Shown here one piece after another: positions 1-12,499 of a DNA stretch of 64,000 bases. Position numbers and translations under genes: made by a program. Source of the DNA: Harriotta raleighana (Eukaryota); NCBI GenBank assembly GCA_050575255.1, contig JBNZDD010013683.1:1083282-1147281 (forward strand), read 5' to 3'. The notes under the pieces were generated by a model. That model was not told the DNA's origin. It saw only the letters and a list, made by a program, of their open reading frames with translations, and did no database searches. The stretch's first letter is position 1, and the number at the start of each line of letters is the position of its first letter.

Positions 1-1436
1 TTTGCAACACCTAATGGTTACTGTAAAGAATTATAAGAATGTACAAAACTAACAAATAGTTATTTGCATTACTCACAAAATTAATAACCCTTTTCATTTA
101 TTATTCAGTATAAAAGAGTTTGCTTGATTAAATTTTATGTGAATGTACAAATTACCTTTAAGCAAGAAAATAGACTGACAAAAGACTACTGGATGCCATA
201 ACGTTTCCCCTGATCTAGAAGATGTATGGTAATATGTACAACTGTTTTGACAGACAGCCAGGTTAAGCAGATTTATCAATTTAATGAAGTCCAACTCCTG
301 TCTGAATACAATTACCATTTAATCCAGCTTCTCAACATCTAGCAAAGTGCATGTGGAGCTCTCCTGGGCAGAATTTCAGTGCTGAAGGATATGACTCTTC
401 TTGGAAAAAGACTCCATGATGCTTTAACAAACTGCACCACACATCAAAATACTGCAAGCATTACGCTGTCAAATTGTTTCTCTTTGTACTGTATCTTCAT
501 TTAACCATTGAATTGCATTGTACACCAAGGTCTATTAATTGCAATGCATTTTGAAAACTTTAATCTGTGTGTTGGTTTCAAAACCTGCCCAGAGAAACCT
601 GCGATTTTAAGTCTGAAAGTACATGATCTGTCGGAGACTATTGTCCAACTTCAATCACACAATGTTCACCAAAATGAAAGGAGTGCACTAAAAACAAGGA
701 AAGACTGTAGCAGTGATCAAGTTCACTACATTTTTAACAATGCACATCCTTTTAAGAAATGCAGAATTTGTCAAGTGAGCAATCTGTAGAAAGTCTTTAA
801 ACAATAAGGATTAAGTTGCTGCAGAATGGATCTGGCTGATGCCAAATTTTGTGTTTGTCTGCGATCAGAAAATAGACATGTCAATTTTAATTATCGAGAT
901 AAGATTTTATGACATGGCCAATTAAGTAATGAATGGCAGGTTCAAACAAGGAATTCAACCTAAATAAAATGCTGTTGATGGTAAATGGGAGCAACATGCA
1001 ACTTATGGTATACTTCAAAAAGTTATGTTTCCTTGCAGTATTAATAGTTGAATGTGGTGTGCAGCTAAGATTATTGATTGCCTGTTTTAATAGCCTTATC
1101 TAATAAGTAACGTTGGTGGCTATTGTAAGACAGTAGGTAATCGAAAAGAGAAGCATTAATCTGCCAAACACTAATGTTACAGGAGGGCAGGTTTAACCAT
1201 TGTCCAAAACCTACAGGAAAGGGAAACATGTGTGTGATATAGCTCTGCGAAGAGGAGCTTTGAATGTTTACTGTTATTTTCCTAAGGAACACATGTGAAG
1301 AATAAATGGACAGCAGAACACAGAGCAGTGTGTGCATCAAACAAATAAATTAGCTAAGAGTGGCCCTCCATTTGATCTCACAGAGAGAGTTATTTTGGAC
1401 ATAAAAGTTAACTATGCAGCATAACCCCCAAAGACC

Positions 1437-1687
1437 CTGAGGTCAAATTTTTAGAGTATATCTTAATAGATTTCTTAATTAAGAAATGGACTCCTTGACG
1501 AGGAACTCTGAGCTGGAACTCCTCCCATTAACTAGATGTATATCATGCACATCGCTCCATCTCAAGGGAAGTCCTCTCCAAAAATAGATTGAGTTTGAGT
1601 GGTGTTCCCATGAGTCAATATCATGGATTACTGAAATTCTTAATTAAGAAATCCATTAAGAAAAACTGCAAAATCAAACCCTCTCAG
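1437..1687. repeat. Foldback element with ~45-50 bp imperfect terminal inverted repeats (old MITE-like)
   Basis: Left arm ggtcaaatttttagagtatatcttaatagatttcttaattaagaaat (1441-1487) aligns to the reverse complement of 1635-1680. Both arms carry the palindrome ttcttaattaagaa. Confidence 0.6.
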
Positions 1688-1746
1688 TCACTCTGTTACA
1701 ATGTAAGTTTTATTGCTCTTCTGATACAGAGAGACAGTCTGGGAGG

Positions 1747-1800
1747 CAAAACAACAATGACAACAAAATTATATTGGTATAGTGCCTTTCATGTCGGGTG
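1747..1800 (-). mobile_element. L2-clade LINE 3' tail fragment
   Basis: (caa)n-like run followed by aaaattatattggtatagtgcctttcatgtcggg, the same tail seen at 63309 and, on the + strand, at 8780-8835. Confidence 0.6.
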
Positions 1801-2559
1801 AGGGTGATAGGTTCATGGAGCCTAGGACAGGAAAGGATACATTCTGCAGAGTTCTGGACGATCTGCAACCTATGGAGGGAGGAATTGAATCACTCCCTTT
1901 GAGATCCTACTTCAAGATTCAAGCTTGAAATAGCAGGTTATTCTTGCTGAGAAGCACACAAAGGCAGTCTGGACTGTTCTATAAACTGTACAACTGTGCA
2001 GCAAAAAATGGTGACATTGCGTACATCTTATGGTGACATTATCTGTCACAAAGTACTCCATAAATACTGGTTTCCTACTGCTCATTCTAATATTAATTAA
2101 TGTATATTCATTTAATTAGCACAGAGACCAAATAGTAAAGCAGCAATTGGTAATTGCAAGTACCAATTACAGCAGTGGAGACCCTTGCCTAGAACATTGT
2201 ATTTTTTCTTTCACTGTAGATTTTCAACAAACCAAAGAACAACAGCTAATTCCTTTAAAAGACACCTCAATTGATGCAGCGGAAAGTTGATGGATGAGGG
2301 AAGGGCAGGATTAAATCGTCATTCAACACAACAGCAGGAACGATCCAAAAGCACGTCTGTTAAATAAAGGAACCTTGTCGAAACTCATTAAAAACGTCAT
2401 TAACATGAAACGCTTAACTGGCCCCACACAAACCTCCATCAGAAGCTGAAAACATTCCAGGAGATCTGGCAAGGAGTTCTGGAGCTTGGGGAAAATCCAA
2501 GGAGAAAATAATTTTAGTCTTACAGAATTCCTCAACTGCCAGTCTATCCAAGCGCTTTC

Positions 2560-2616
2560 AAGTGCCATGGGACATCATCCTGATTTGGAAGGTGCTATGG
2601 TAAGTGCAAATTGTTT
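2560..2616 (+). mobile_element. Degraded L2 LINE 3' tail
   Basis: agtgccatgggacatcatcctgatttggaaggtgctatggtaagtgcaaattgtt resembles the tail agcgccttgggacatcgtcctgacgtgaaaggcgctatataaatgtaa at 8782-8830. Confidence 0.55.
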
Positions 2617-2730
2617 GGTAACCAGTGATAAAACTTCTCTTGTGCAGCTAGGATAGAGATTCAAAAAACATGGCATATTTCACTAGAAAAGAGGTGAAGA
2701 AAATGTACAAGCAATAGCATGCAATGCTTT

Positions 2731-2795
2731 GAAACATAGGGAGAAGAGTAGGTCATTCACCACTCTGAGCCTCCTCCATTGTGTGGACTGATTAT
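2731..2795 (-). mobile_element. Degraded CR1 LINE 3' end
   Basis: gaaacatagggagaagagtaggtcattcaccactctgagcctcctccatt resembles the reverse strand of the shark CR1 3' UTR (recalled consensus aagaaataggagcaggagtaggccattcagcccctcgagcctgctccgccatt). Confidence 0.5.
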
Positions 2796-5064
2796 TTTCT
2801 TCCCAAGGTTATATTTCCATCTTTCTCTTTCTCATGCCTTGTTGCTCAGTGATATATTCTGGAACATGCTTTAAATACAGCTAAACCTGTTGTCGCATTG
2901 CAACATGCATTCTCACTCTTGTAGCAACCACTAACAAAATAACTGGATGGAGAGTGACGATGGAAACATTCAAGCCTGCGGCCTCCTCTCTTTAGCTGGG
3001 AGGAGGAATAGGTGTGGGGGCACAAGGCGCCACTTTAACCTTCTATTCATTTCAATTGACACAAATGCAACCCTCCATGAAATCACCCCCTTGCGAGTGC
3101 CTTGTGCACTGTCCTGTGTGTTGCCGTTCAGATAGAGTTCTGGTTTCTGGGCTGAAACACTCCATCAAACGGATAAAACGTCCTTTCACCTTATCGGGTG
3201 AAGCAGGCGTATCATCCACCACCATCAGGCCTCATTTCCACGAAAAGAGTAAAAACATTCAACTGTCTGGAACAATGTGCCACCCCATCATTCTTCATCG
3301 GTTCTCCTTTTCTTCATGCATTTCAACAAGATGAAGAATGACAACGCTGGGGAAGAGGTTTTACTACTTATGTACCAGTTGAAAGGCTAGGTATGATATT
3401 GCTCAGTCCCTGCTCCACAAATCCCCGCAGGTGTCTCCACCCCTCGCTGTGCCATCTTTATTTACAATGTTCTTAACTTCTCGCTCAATCAGTGAATAAT
3501 TCTCCAGAGCGCAGGGTGTAAATCTGAAGTGAACAGGGCAATAATTCAGCAGGATTTATAAAGGAGCTTTCCATGCCTAAGTAGGACACTTGAGAAAACT
3601 GCAACCTATCAACAGTAGCCGAATCATTGTAATCATGCAGAGAATATCGGGAGGCGGGCAATACACAAGGTGCCACACACACAAGAGGTTCAGAAAATAT
3701 GAACTATAACTCAAGCTGTTTACTGTGTTATGAACACACTGAAGACATTTTACAGCCTTCAAAACACTTGCAAACATTTTGTTTTAAATGGCAACTTCTA
3801 TCTTGTGGATTCGGTCAATAAACCATATGTAAATTTGCCATTTGGGTTAACCATCGGCAGAATTATACAGATACCAATGTAACTAATTCATGCAAAGCAT
3901 TATAAAGTAATGTAATGTAAACATTAATAATAATCCTTGTATTTGATATTGCACACAGTTAAAATGTCCCACTAATTGTGAAATTAGACCCCAATATGCC
4001 TTTTCTTACCACTGCCACCATTGTTTCAAAATGACATTGCCATGACTATTTTCTCTGTTGCTATACTGGACGAGTCAATATCTTCAATATCTAAGAATAT
4101 TTCTGCAGTTAGCCAAGAGAGGGTCTGACTACCCAGTCTGTTATGTGACAAGCTATAAAATGCAGAGTAACATTTCTAATTGAGCGGGTGGTGGGGGGAA
4201 GCAACAACAAAAAACAAAATATCCCAAGCACTCGGATGAGGCAATATATCAAGGAGATGGGGAAAAAGCACCAAATTTAAGTAGATTTAAGATGTCTGAT
4301 ATAATGAAATTAAGAACAATAATATTTGGAATTGGGATTTATCGCATGTTAAACGTTAGCGCTGGTGAGCTTTTTGATCTTGGTTTAGGAATGCTAAATC
4401 CCATCTTGCTTATTTCTAAATTTATAGTGACAGTGGTTAAAACAATACACAAGAGAAAGACTCAGGTGAGATCCTGCTATTGGGCGGAATATTTTTGTTG
4501 ACATATTTTGTTGAGAGCCATCGTAGATGTTAAACAACACAAAATAGGGATTTAAATATTAATGTCCTGGGGACAGCAAAAAATAGTAAGGATGCATCTG
4601 TCAAATGAGAGTGCTGTAATGTGACAAGCTTTATAAAGCAGCATTAGTTGTTTTAAAAAAAGAAAGTGTCATCTTTTTGCCAGTTCGTTTCAAATAAGAC
4701 CGAACAAAAAGATCATTGGTCACACTCAAATATGGTATGGTTACTTGTAGAATTATTAATGATACAGCTTTTTCTAATATATGGAAATTTGCTATAGGCA
4801 CTATCTCTGTTAATCTCTGTCCATTGCAGAGAAATCAATTCCACTTTGTTCCTATGGTCCATTTGATGTACAGTATTGTGTTTATGTTGGCGTGGCATTA
4901 ATGAAAATGCATTTTTTTTTCCCATAGAAACACCAGTTATTTGAAAACGCGCCATGACTCACAGGTCACTATAAAATGTCAATACAATATTTATAAACAA
5001 TTCAAACAGAGCCAATGAGCGGAATCTATTGTCTGGCTTTCGAATAGAAATCATGCATTGTGCA

Positions 5065-5305
5065 AGTTGTTAAAAGAAACACAGGGGAGGGGAAATTTTT
5101 TCACACAGTGAGGTGTTCGGATCTGGAATGCATTACCCGAAAGGGTGATGGAAGCCGATTCAATAGCAACTTTTAAAGGAGAAGTAGATTGTTACTTGGG
5201 GAGGACAAGTTTGCTGGCCCATTGGAAGAGGGCTGGGGAGTGGGACTGAATTGGGTAGCTGCTTTAAAAGGGCCTTGTGTGCTGTCTAATTCTATGATTC
5301 TATGA
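5065..5305 (+). mobile_element. CR1 LINE 3' end (decayed ORF2 C-terminus plus 3' UTR)
   Basis: Translates to FFTQ*GVRIWNALPERVMEADSIATFKGEVDCYL...RAGEWD*, a typical CR1 ORF2 end. Terminates in the CR1 octamer tail ttctatga x2. Confidence 0.9.
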
Positions 5306-5824
5306 AATCCCATCAACAACTTTCAAACAGCAAATTTGCACAAAGCCATTTTCAAGGAAGTTTGATTAATTGTCTGTCTATTACATTACTAAGGTACTGT
5401 TTTGAGCATAACTGATATTATTGCCGGGAACAAAAAGCTTCTTTTCTTCCAGTGCATCAATCATCTGAAGTTCCACAAATTAAATTGTTGCAGCGAAATA
5501 AACTAATGCAGAGATATCCTATATTTCACATATCAAAGCAAGTATCTGTGTTGAAAAGAAACTAATATGATCTATTGGCTTGTTTTCTAAAACCATAAAG
5601 CTACTGATTATTAGAAGCATGAAGAGGTTGCTATCATTTACAAGGTGATACCCTTGATGCTATTTTAGGGATAATAGGATCTAATATTGGATTCTGAGTT
5701 GGAAAAAGGGGTGTCAGTCAGTCTGCTTTGCTGGCGTTTGAAATGGTTTGTGAACAGATGGCTAAAGGTCCTATATTCACTGGTGCTGCTCAGAGGTCAA
5801 GTCTCTCAAAGTCTCTAAAGTCCC

Positions 5825-5890
5825 AGTGCCTGGAACGTCTTCCTGACATGAAAGCCACTATGCAAATGTAATTTTGTTGTTGTTTTTGTA
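5825..5890 (+). mobile_element. L2 LINE 3' tail fragment
   Basis: agtgcctggaacgtcttcctgacatgaaagccactatgcaaatgtaattttgttgttg, ending in (ttg)n. Confidence 0.6.
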
Positions 5891-6019
5891 AACTGGGAGG
5901 GATGTGTGAGTAATGAAAATAATGGCTGGTCAGGTGTGAATCAAAGTCTTTTCTTCTGAGATGGATTGGAGTCAGTTTGTCCATGAGGGGAGATGATTGC
6001 AGAGCCAACCAGAGAATGT

Positions 6020-6395
6020 ATCACAGTCTAGGCTTACATGTGATAGTGGGGGAGGATTGTCTTATTAGAGGTGCCATCTTTTGAATGAGGTGTTTCAACT
6101 GATGCTCTGTCAACTTGTTCAAGCGGATGTCAAGTATTCCAAGGCACTATTCAAAAAGAGAAGGGCATTCCTGACAGTGTACTGATCAACAACAACCCAG
6201 ATATAATTGGTCAATAACTCACGCTTATTTGTGGGACATCGGAGTGAGCAAATTGGCTGTATTATTTGCCTACGCTTACACCTTCATTGTAGTTTCCAGT
6301 AAATCCTGTGAAGTGGTTTGAGAGAATGTGATGAGTTGCTAAAATAGCTATCAGATGCAACGATTATTAATATTGTTATTATTATTGTTGTTGCT
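6020..6395 (+). mobile_element. Old DeuSINE (SacSINE1/AmnSINE1-like)
   Basis: Deu-domain-like gaggtgccatcttttgaatgagg...gcggatgtcaagtattccaaggcactattcaaaaagag...tttgtgggac...aattggctg, ending in a (tta)n tail. Confidence 0.75.
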
Positions 6396-8652
6396 TCGGT
6401 CATCGGAGCAGATTGTAACACGTTTAAACCTCTGCATGACTCAATGCATGCAAACCACACAGATAGATCTCATAAAATAAAGATTTGAACAGAAAGCCAA
6501 CTACGCATTCAAGAAGCAATTCTATGTTTTCACAAAAAAATCTGAAATATATTAAAATGAATAAAGCCTTAATTTGTCATTTTTCCCTTTATTTTTCCTG
6601 TCATGAATCTCTCCCTGTGAAACCAGACATTGATAGGAACTGGATTGTTGTGTTTTGACTTCTTTGCCCTCTGCTACAATGACCTGAATTCTATCCTTCA
6701 TGTACAGTGATGGGTTTACATTTCTGTGGGGAGGGAGGAAGGGATGGAGAGGAAAGAAAGAGAGAGACAGAGAGAGAACAGTAGCAGAGGAAGAGCAGAC
6801 CGGACATTAGGAGGTGTAGGCACAGCAAAAAAACCCTGTGCAATTCAAATACTGAATCTGTTCATCATTTTCATTTGGTCAGTCGGGTGTCTGACACATG
6901 TGGGCATCCATCACTTTGCTCCAGGACACACTCAGCTAAATATCTGATTTTCAATGGGCTTCTTTGTCACGGAATTTAGATTTCACAGCCTTGCACAAGT
7001 TAAATTTGACTTTCACTCTCCAATTGTTTGCTCTGTCCTGGTTAAGCACACCTCAATCTTCATGAAGAAAAGGACCAGAACAGTTCCTGCGCAATGTGCC
7101 TTCCTCCAGCCCCTTCTGTATCCCACTTTTCTAAACTAGCATCCCTTCTTTCGAAGATCAAAGCAAGCTTGCCACCCAGGAATGTTGGGCAAGCCTGGCC
7201 AAAAGAACGGACTGCGGATGGCACCGGTCATTTAAAAAGCACACAGGCAGAGAGACACTTTTCATTAACCATCCTGATTATTCAGTAAATGAGTTCTTCA
7301 ATTCTATTGGAACTCTTATCCATAAAGATTGCCTTAATTCTGGGCCAATCGTGACGGCTGTGTTGTAAAAATGTAACTTTTAAACTTGGAATCAGCTCTA
7401 GTACATATTGTGTCCCCACATGACTCTAGATTGATAAATAGGGTTTATGCACTTGTAGATGAATTACGCCTGAAAGATTTTGGACAATATGGCCTAGCAC
7501 TGTTTTCTAATTATATGATTTTGATGGGAAATGAAAAACAACTTATGCTTCTGGCACTAGCAAGACTCCCTGTCGGAATAATTTCATGCTGCTTTCACAC
7601 CTTTTACTTCTCTTTGTACATAGCTCAGCCTCCTGGGTGCCTATCACTGGCTCAAGGTGAAGGATTTGACTTCACACACAAGGTACAGTGGCAATTTATT
7701 ATAAGCTTGCACTGTCTAATTTATTCAAGAAGTACAAGTATGTACAGTGTGTCACTGGAACCGGAAAGAACCCCAATTCTAACACGGTCAATTTGGGTAA
7801 TCAAAATGTACCTCCACTAACCATGGGTTCCAAAACTGCCATCGCAGAAAGGATTGAGCGAACGTGAAATCAACATTTTGTTTGTGGCAAATGAATGCAA
7901 TGGATTCATTTGCAGCCAGTGATGAATGCTTCACGTTAGATTTAGTGAGACATTCACAGCAACTACCTTTACATTCGTAGAACCTGCTCGCCGCAGAAAG
8001 AAGAAAGGAGACAGCAGTGGAGAATAAGCATAAATATTCAACAACTTTGCTGGTTGCTTCTGAATATTCTCTGTTTTTAATATTCAAACCATAATCCCTG
8101 ATCCCAATGATTAGCTTCATGGTTTTGACAGAGACACAAACCTGCAATGGCCCTGACTGAACAGCCTCTACTGTAACAGGCATGGATAGAGTTTCTTGCA
8201 GTCAGCTTGTCTGATTGCTGATAATGAAGAAAGTAATAGAGTGAGATGACAAGTGTAATACAGAGTGGATACAAGAAGACGGGTCATGGCTTGTGTGCGT
8301 CTTGGCGTTTGTGGATGTTGTAAGCTGTGTTTTGTGGTTCCCAAAGCAGCTGGAAATTAGCTGCAGCACCAGTGGTGGAATGCAAGTGAAAGAGGAGCCA
8401 ATATTTTCCATCCATTTCAAGTAATAATAACGATCCTTGTGTTTGATAATGTTGCTTCATCTGAAACAATTGAAATTAACACGAGTAAGCCACTCCTCCA
8501 GTTATGAAAAAACAAGAGTCTTGAAAAACAATTCCTATATAATCCTATTTAAAGCTATTTCTGATTTCACACTATTGCATTAGCTCAAAGGATTCCACAG
8601 AAAAGCTCAGATGTAAAGCAACACTCTTATTACAGAAACACTCTTATTAAAC

Positions 8653-8722
8653 ACGACTGTTTGTGGGACACTGCTGTGTGCAATTTGGCTGCCGTGTTTC
8701 GCCTGACAAATATACAGTCAAT
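8653..8722 (+). mobile_element. Internal fragment of the main SINE family
   Basis: acgactgtttgtgggacactgctgtgtgcaatttggctgccgtgtttcgcctgacaaatatacagtcaatt matches the body of the full copies. Confidence 0.8.
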
Positions 8723-8739
8723 TTTTTCCTACTTTCCTT

Positions 8740-8855
8740 TCCCCCTCCCCCCCACCCCGCTCTGATCCCTACTTGACTGTACAGCGCCTTGGGACATCGT
8801 CCTGACGTGAAAGGCGCTATATAAATGTAATTTTGATTGATTGATTGATTGATTG
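8740..8855 (+). mobile_element. L2 LINE 3' tail with (gatt)n microsatellite end
   Basis: ctgtacagcgccttgggacatcgtcctgacgtgaaaggcgctatataaatgtaattt followed by (tgat)5. Confidence 0.75.
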
Positions 8856-8898
8856 AAGGCAGACAATCCTACAACAAAAATTTAACAGCTCTTAACAG

Positions 8899-9145
8899 TA
8901 ATAATCCTCGCAATTGATAATGTGCCTTTCACATTGGGAGGATGTTCCAAAGTGCTTCACATGAATTTTACTGCAAACCTTAACATCCACCTGTTAAGGT
9001 GGGCTGACAGAACCTCGGTTTGATGTCGTATTTGAAAAACGGCACTTCCAACAATGCAACACCCTCCCACCGTGGTTCCAAGTGAGGCTTCAACCCACAA
9101 CCTCTGGATCAGAGGCCAGAATGCTACCACTGAGGCAGGCTGACA
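8899..9145 (-). mobile_element. DeuSINE (SacSINE1-like) with tRNA-derived head, internally deleted
   Basis: Minus strand starts tgtcagcctgcctcagtggtagcattctggcctctgatccagaggttgtgggttgaagcctcac (A/B-box-like), continues into a Deu segment and ends ...gcgaggattattac. Confidence 0.75.
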
Positions 9146-11282
9146 CACTCAAATACCTTATTGCGGTAATGTATTCAATTCAAAGTATCTAAGATGCTAA
9201 TACAGCAGCTCTGGCACTTTTAGCCAAATGGGCAGAATGCATAAGTCGGAGATTGTGATTTTCGTAGAAGGACACAAACGTGTTGGTAACATTGGCTGTG
9301 GGATAGTGAAGCTGGGATGCAAGAGGTCATCTCCAGACAATACAGCCTCGCTACGCTCAGGGATTCCACCTGGGAACCTTCTGTATGACTTGAAGAATCA
9401 AAGTTGAGGCTAAGCGTGCATGTGAACTGCAACACTTGACTGCATCCTGAGGAGAGTTAATGTTGTAAATGGTCTTATTTCCCATCCTTGCAATTCAAAC
9501 TTGACAAGAGATTTGGATACACCACATTCCTTTCAATCTTTTGCTTTTTTTCAATCTCGCCGTGCATCTTTGATATTGTTGTGTGCCTTTCAGAGCAACG
9601 GAATTATGTTGGACTAACTCATCAATGGTAACTAAACCGGTGATTAATACTCCCACCATAAATACTTCTATCCCAATTGCAATGGGAAACAAAAAATTGT
9701 GGGGATCCACAAAATAAATGTTCTGTGATTAAGTCCTAAATTACAGCACCTGCCAATGCCATTGCTTTTCCAATAGGAGAGTTCACCTATCAGAGTGATT
9801 CACTTATACCTTTTTGTAGTGCTGCATGGGCTATATTCAGCTCCCGTTACAGTGACATGTATTCTGCCCATTTCCTCAAGCATAGAAATAACCTGCTTTG
9901 TTGTTTATTTTCCAGACAATATGTGGCACAATTGAAAGACTGGTAGGTGGGATAATGTTAGTATTTGTTTTTAATAGTGGGAGAGAAAAAAAAAGATGAG
10001 CAAAATCAACAAAGAAACAATCCTAACCAATGTCAAAATGAATAAGCCATTGTGAGTCAGACTTGAGTTCCTCCCGGATTTGGAGGGGGAGTGTAATGCG
10101 AATAGATTTCTAAATAAAGAAAAATATGCCTTTTGGATTTTTTTATACCTAGTTTATAAGCAACTCGGGTGAAGCTAGCCAGCATTTACCAACATCTAAA
10201 TACTGTATCAAGGTCTGATACAAGATCCTACTACTGTATCAATGGCAAGACATTTAAAGAGATCCATACTTATAATGTGGTAAAGCGATAAGTAATAATG
10301 ACTGATTGAACTCTTCAACATTGTACATACAGTATTCAGAATTCTGTCTTTTTCCCGAAAACTACCGAGAAGAATTTACAGTATCAATTACAAATTGGAG
10401 GATGCCTGTGATTCTACACAACGTATTATGGCCATCAGGCAGACATATTATGGATCATAATATAAGCAGGATATTTCAAATGTACTTTCACTGATGACAA
10501 ACTATTGTGTGAAGCAGCTGTGTATAATTGCTCATTTTAAAAAATATATATATGGACCGGTGGTTCTAAACTGAAATTGGAATTAAATTTCACATTTCAT
10601 AAAATAGATTTATTTTTCAGTCACATCTGCAACCAATATCCAGGCTTTAGTCAATTGAAATCATGGAAGTCCTTGAAAATGCATTTCAACAACAACAACT
10701 TTCATTTTTACAGTATAGAGCCCTTCAGATGCTGTGGCCTCTCGCAGCACTTAACAGTGTTTAATGTAGGGTAACGTTACATAAAATAATATATACCTGT
10801 ACTAAGCTTCCGCTGTAAAAAAAAACTGCCACAGTTTTAATGAGATGGTTGAGCACATGATTTAATCTTTACTTCAGAAATACTGGATTGTCACGGTTTC
10901 TGAAGTTGAATCCAAAGCCATAATTTGAATGAAAATAGCCATCCCTGGACTCCATCAACTCACTTTTTGGGAATGTCAGAAATAAGCAAAAAAAACAGCA
11001 TTTCTTCACAAATAAAAGTGATATCCAAAAAGGATTTGGAAACTCTTAGACCACGTATTCATCTTTGTGTGCAGAATGAATGTCCTGAATACAGAATAAG
11101 CTTAAGAGCTCACACAGCTAAAATCCTCCCTAAAATCATCCATTGACTAACTACCAGTGTGTTTATATCAAACACATGTGTTCTTCTTTTATCAACAGAA
11201 CAGCTTCCAACATTGGAGAAATCTTGAGTAATTTTTTTTATATAGTATTCAGTATGAGATGAATTGAATTACACAACTAAAA

Positions 11283-11500
11283 CGCACAATTCTGTAGATG
11301 CTGGAAATCTGAAACAAAAACTGAAATTGCTGGGAATGCTCAGCAGGTCAGGCAGCATCTATGAAGAAAAGTGAGTCAACGTTTCGGGTCCCTTCGTGAG
11401 AACTGAAGTTCTGAGTTCTGACGAAGGATCATGGACCTGAAACATTGACTCACTTTTCCTTTCTCCAAGCGTTCCCAGCGATTTCTGTTTTTGTTTCTGA
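11283..11500. mobile_element. Penelope-like retroelement terminal (pLTR) inverted duplication
   Basis: Shark-type PLE end sequence gatgctggaaatctgaaac...ctcagcaggtcaggcagcatct...aacgtttc arranged as a palindrome. Outer arms are 11308-11340 and 11468-11500; inner arms are 11366-11391 and 11433-11458. Confidence 0.75.
11412..11452 (+). ncRNA. Degenerate minimal type-I hammerhead ribozyme motif
   Basis: Stem I UGAGUU (11412-17)/GACUCA (11447-52), core CUGACGA (11418-24), stem II AGG(A)UC/GACCU, GAAA (11439-42), then CAUU. The antiparallel copy reads GAAACGUU at this position. Confidence 0.55.
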
Positions 11501-12499
11501 ATTCACAACTGACTGTTTGCCTATGATTTGCTTTTTTGTTCTTGACAGGAAGAATAATTGGCTTTTAAAAAGATTCAGCAAGAATGTCAGTTCTCAACCT
11601 GAAAGAAAGTTTATTTTCCTCTAGTCTTCTTGTTTGTGAATTATAAATCTGTTCAACAGTAACAATAGATTTAAAGGACTTAATGAAAAGGTTTATGCTA
11701 GAGTAAAGCAACGATTCAGCTTACTTGAGGCTGGTTTAAATAAGAATGAAAATAGCTGGAGTCCATCAGCTCAAATTTTGGCAATGTCAAAAACAAACAA
11801 AAAAAGTATTTCTTCACAAATAAAAATGATATCCAACAAGAATTCTCCTGGATTTTGCTGGAGAATTCTTAGAACACAATGAATGGATCCATAGAGATAC
11901 AGATATGCGAATGGGTATTCTGCTGAACTCAAATACCAGGCAGTGAGTGTACCAGGTATTTTGGAATACTGTAGTAATCTAGGGAATCTTTCTCTTATCC
12001 ATGCCTGGTTTGCATTTGGGGGGAAAAAAACATACATCTGAAAGTGCATCACAGAATATATTGGAAAAGTGGATTGACTGCATATTTTGTGGGCAAAACT
12101 TATAGTCTAAAGATAGTTAAAGCAATTCTGACAGGTTTACATAACGCTATGGTTTAGGCTTAGGGTATCAGTAATTGATAGAAATGGGCTCTTGGAGTAC
12201 TACAACTTGTTTGTAATTTGGATTTGGTGTGCATTTCATCATTCTAATCCATTCAACCTCTCAAAATATTAAACCCTGGTTTTAAAAGAGGCCAAAAATC
12301 ATTCCAACATCACTTTAAATTTTTGTGATCGCAATATTATTTTTAAAGCATATACTATTTATCTTAAGATGCATGCAATACATCTGATTTTACAACTTTT
12401 ATTATTAATAACAATAATGCATTTGACACATTGCCTTATCCTCTGTACGGAACAAATACAAGTTTGAACAGTATCTGAGCATTTTGTTGCAATATTTAG

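Larger units (their letters stand above)
10927..11877 (+). repeat. Diverged ~130 bp direct repeat pair (10927-11054 and 11744-11877)
   Basis: gaatgaaaatagc...ctgga(c/g)tccatca.ctca..ttttgg.aatgtca.aaa...atttcttcacaaataaaa.tgatatccaa is present in both copies. Confidence 0.8.

Noticed and set aside
4334-4403. Weak ~20 bp inverted repeat gggattta...taaatccc
   Set aside because: Too short and degenerate to distinguish from chance, although it could be a decayed MITE.
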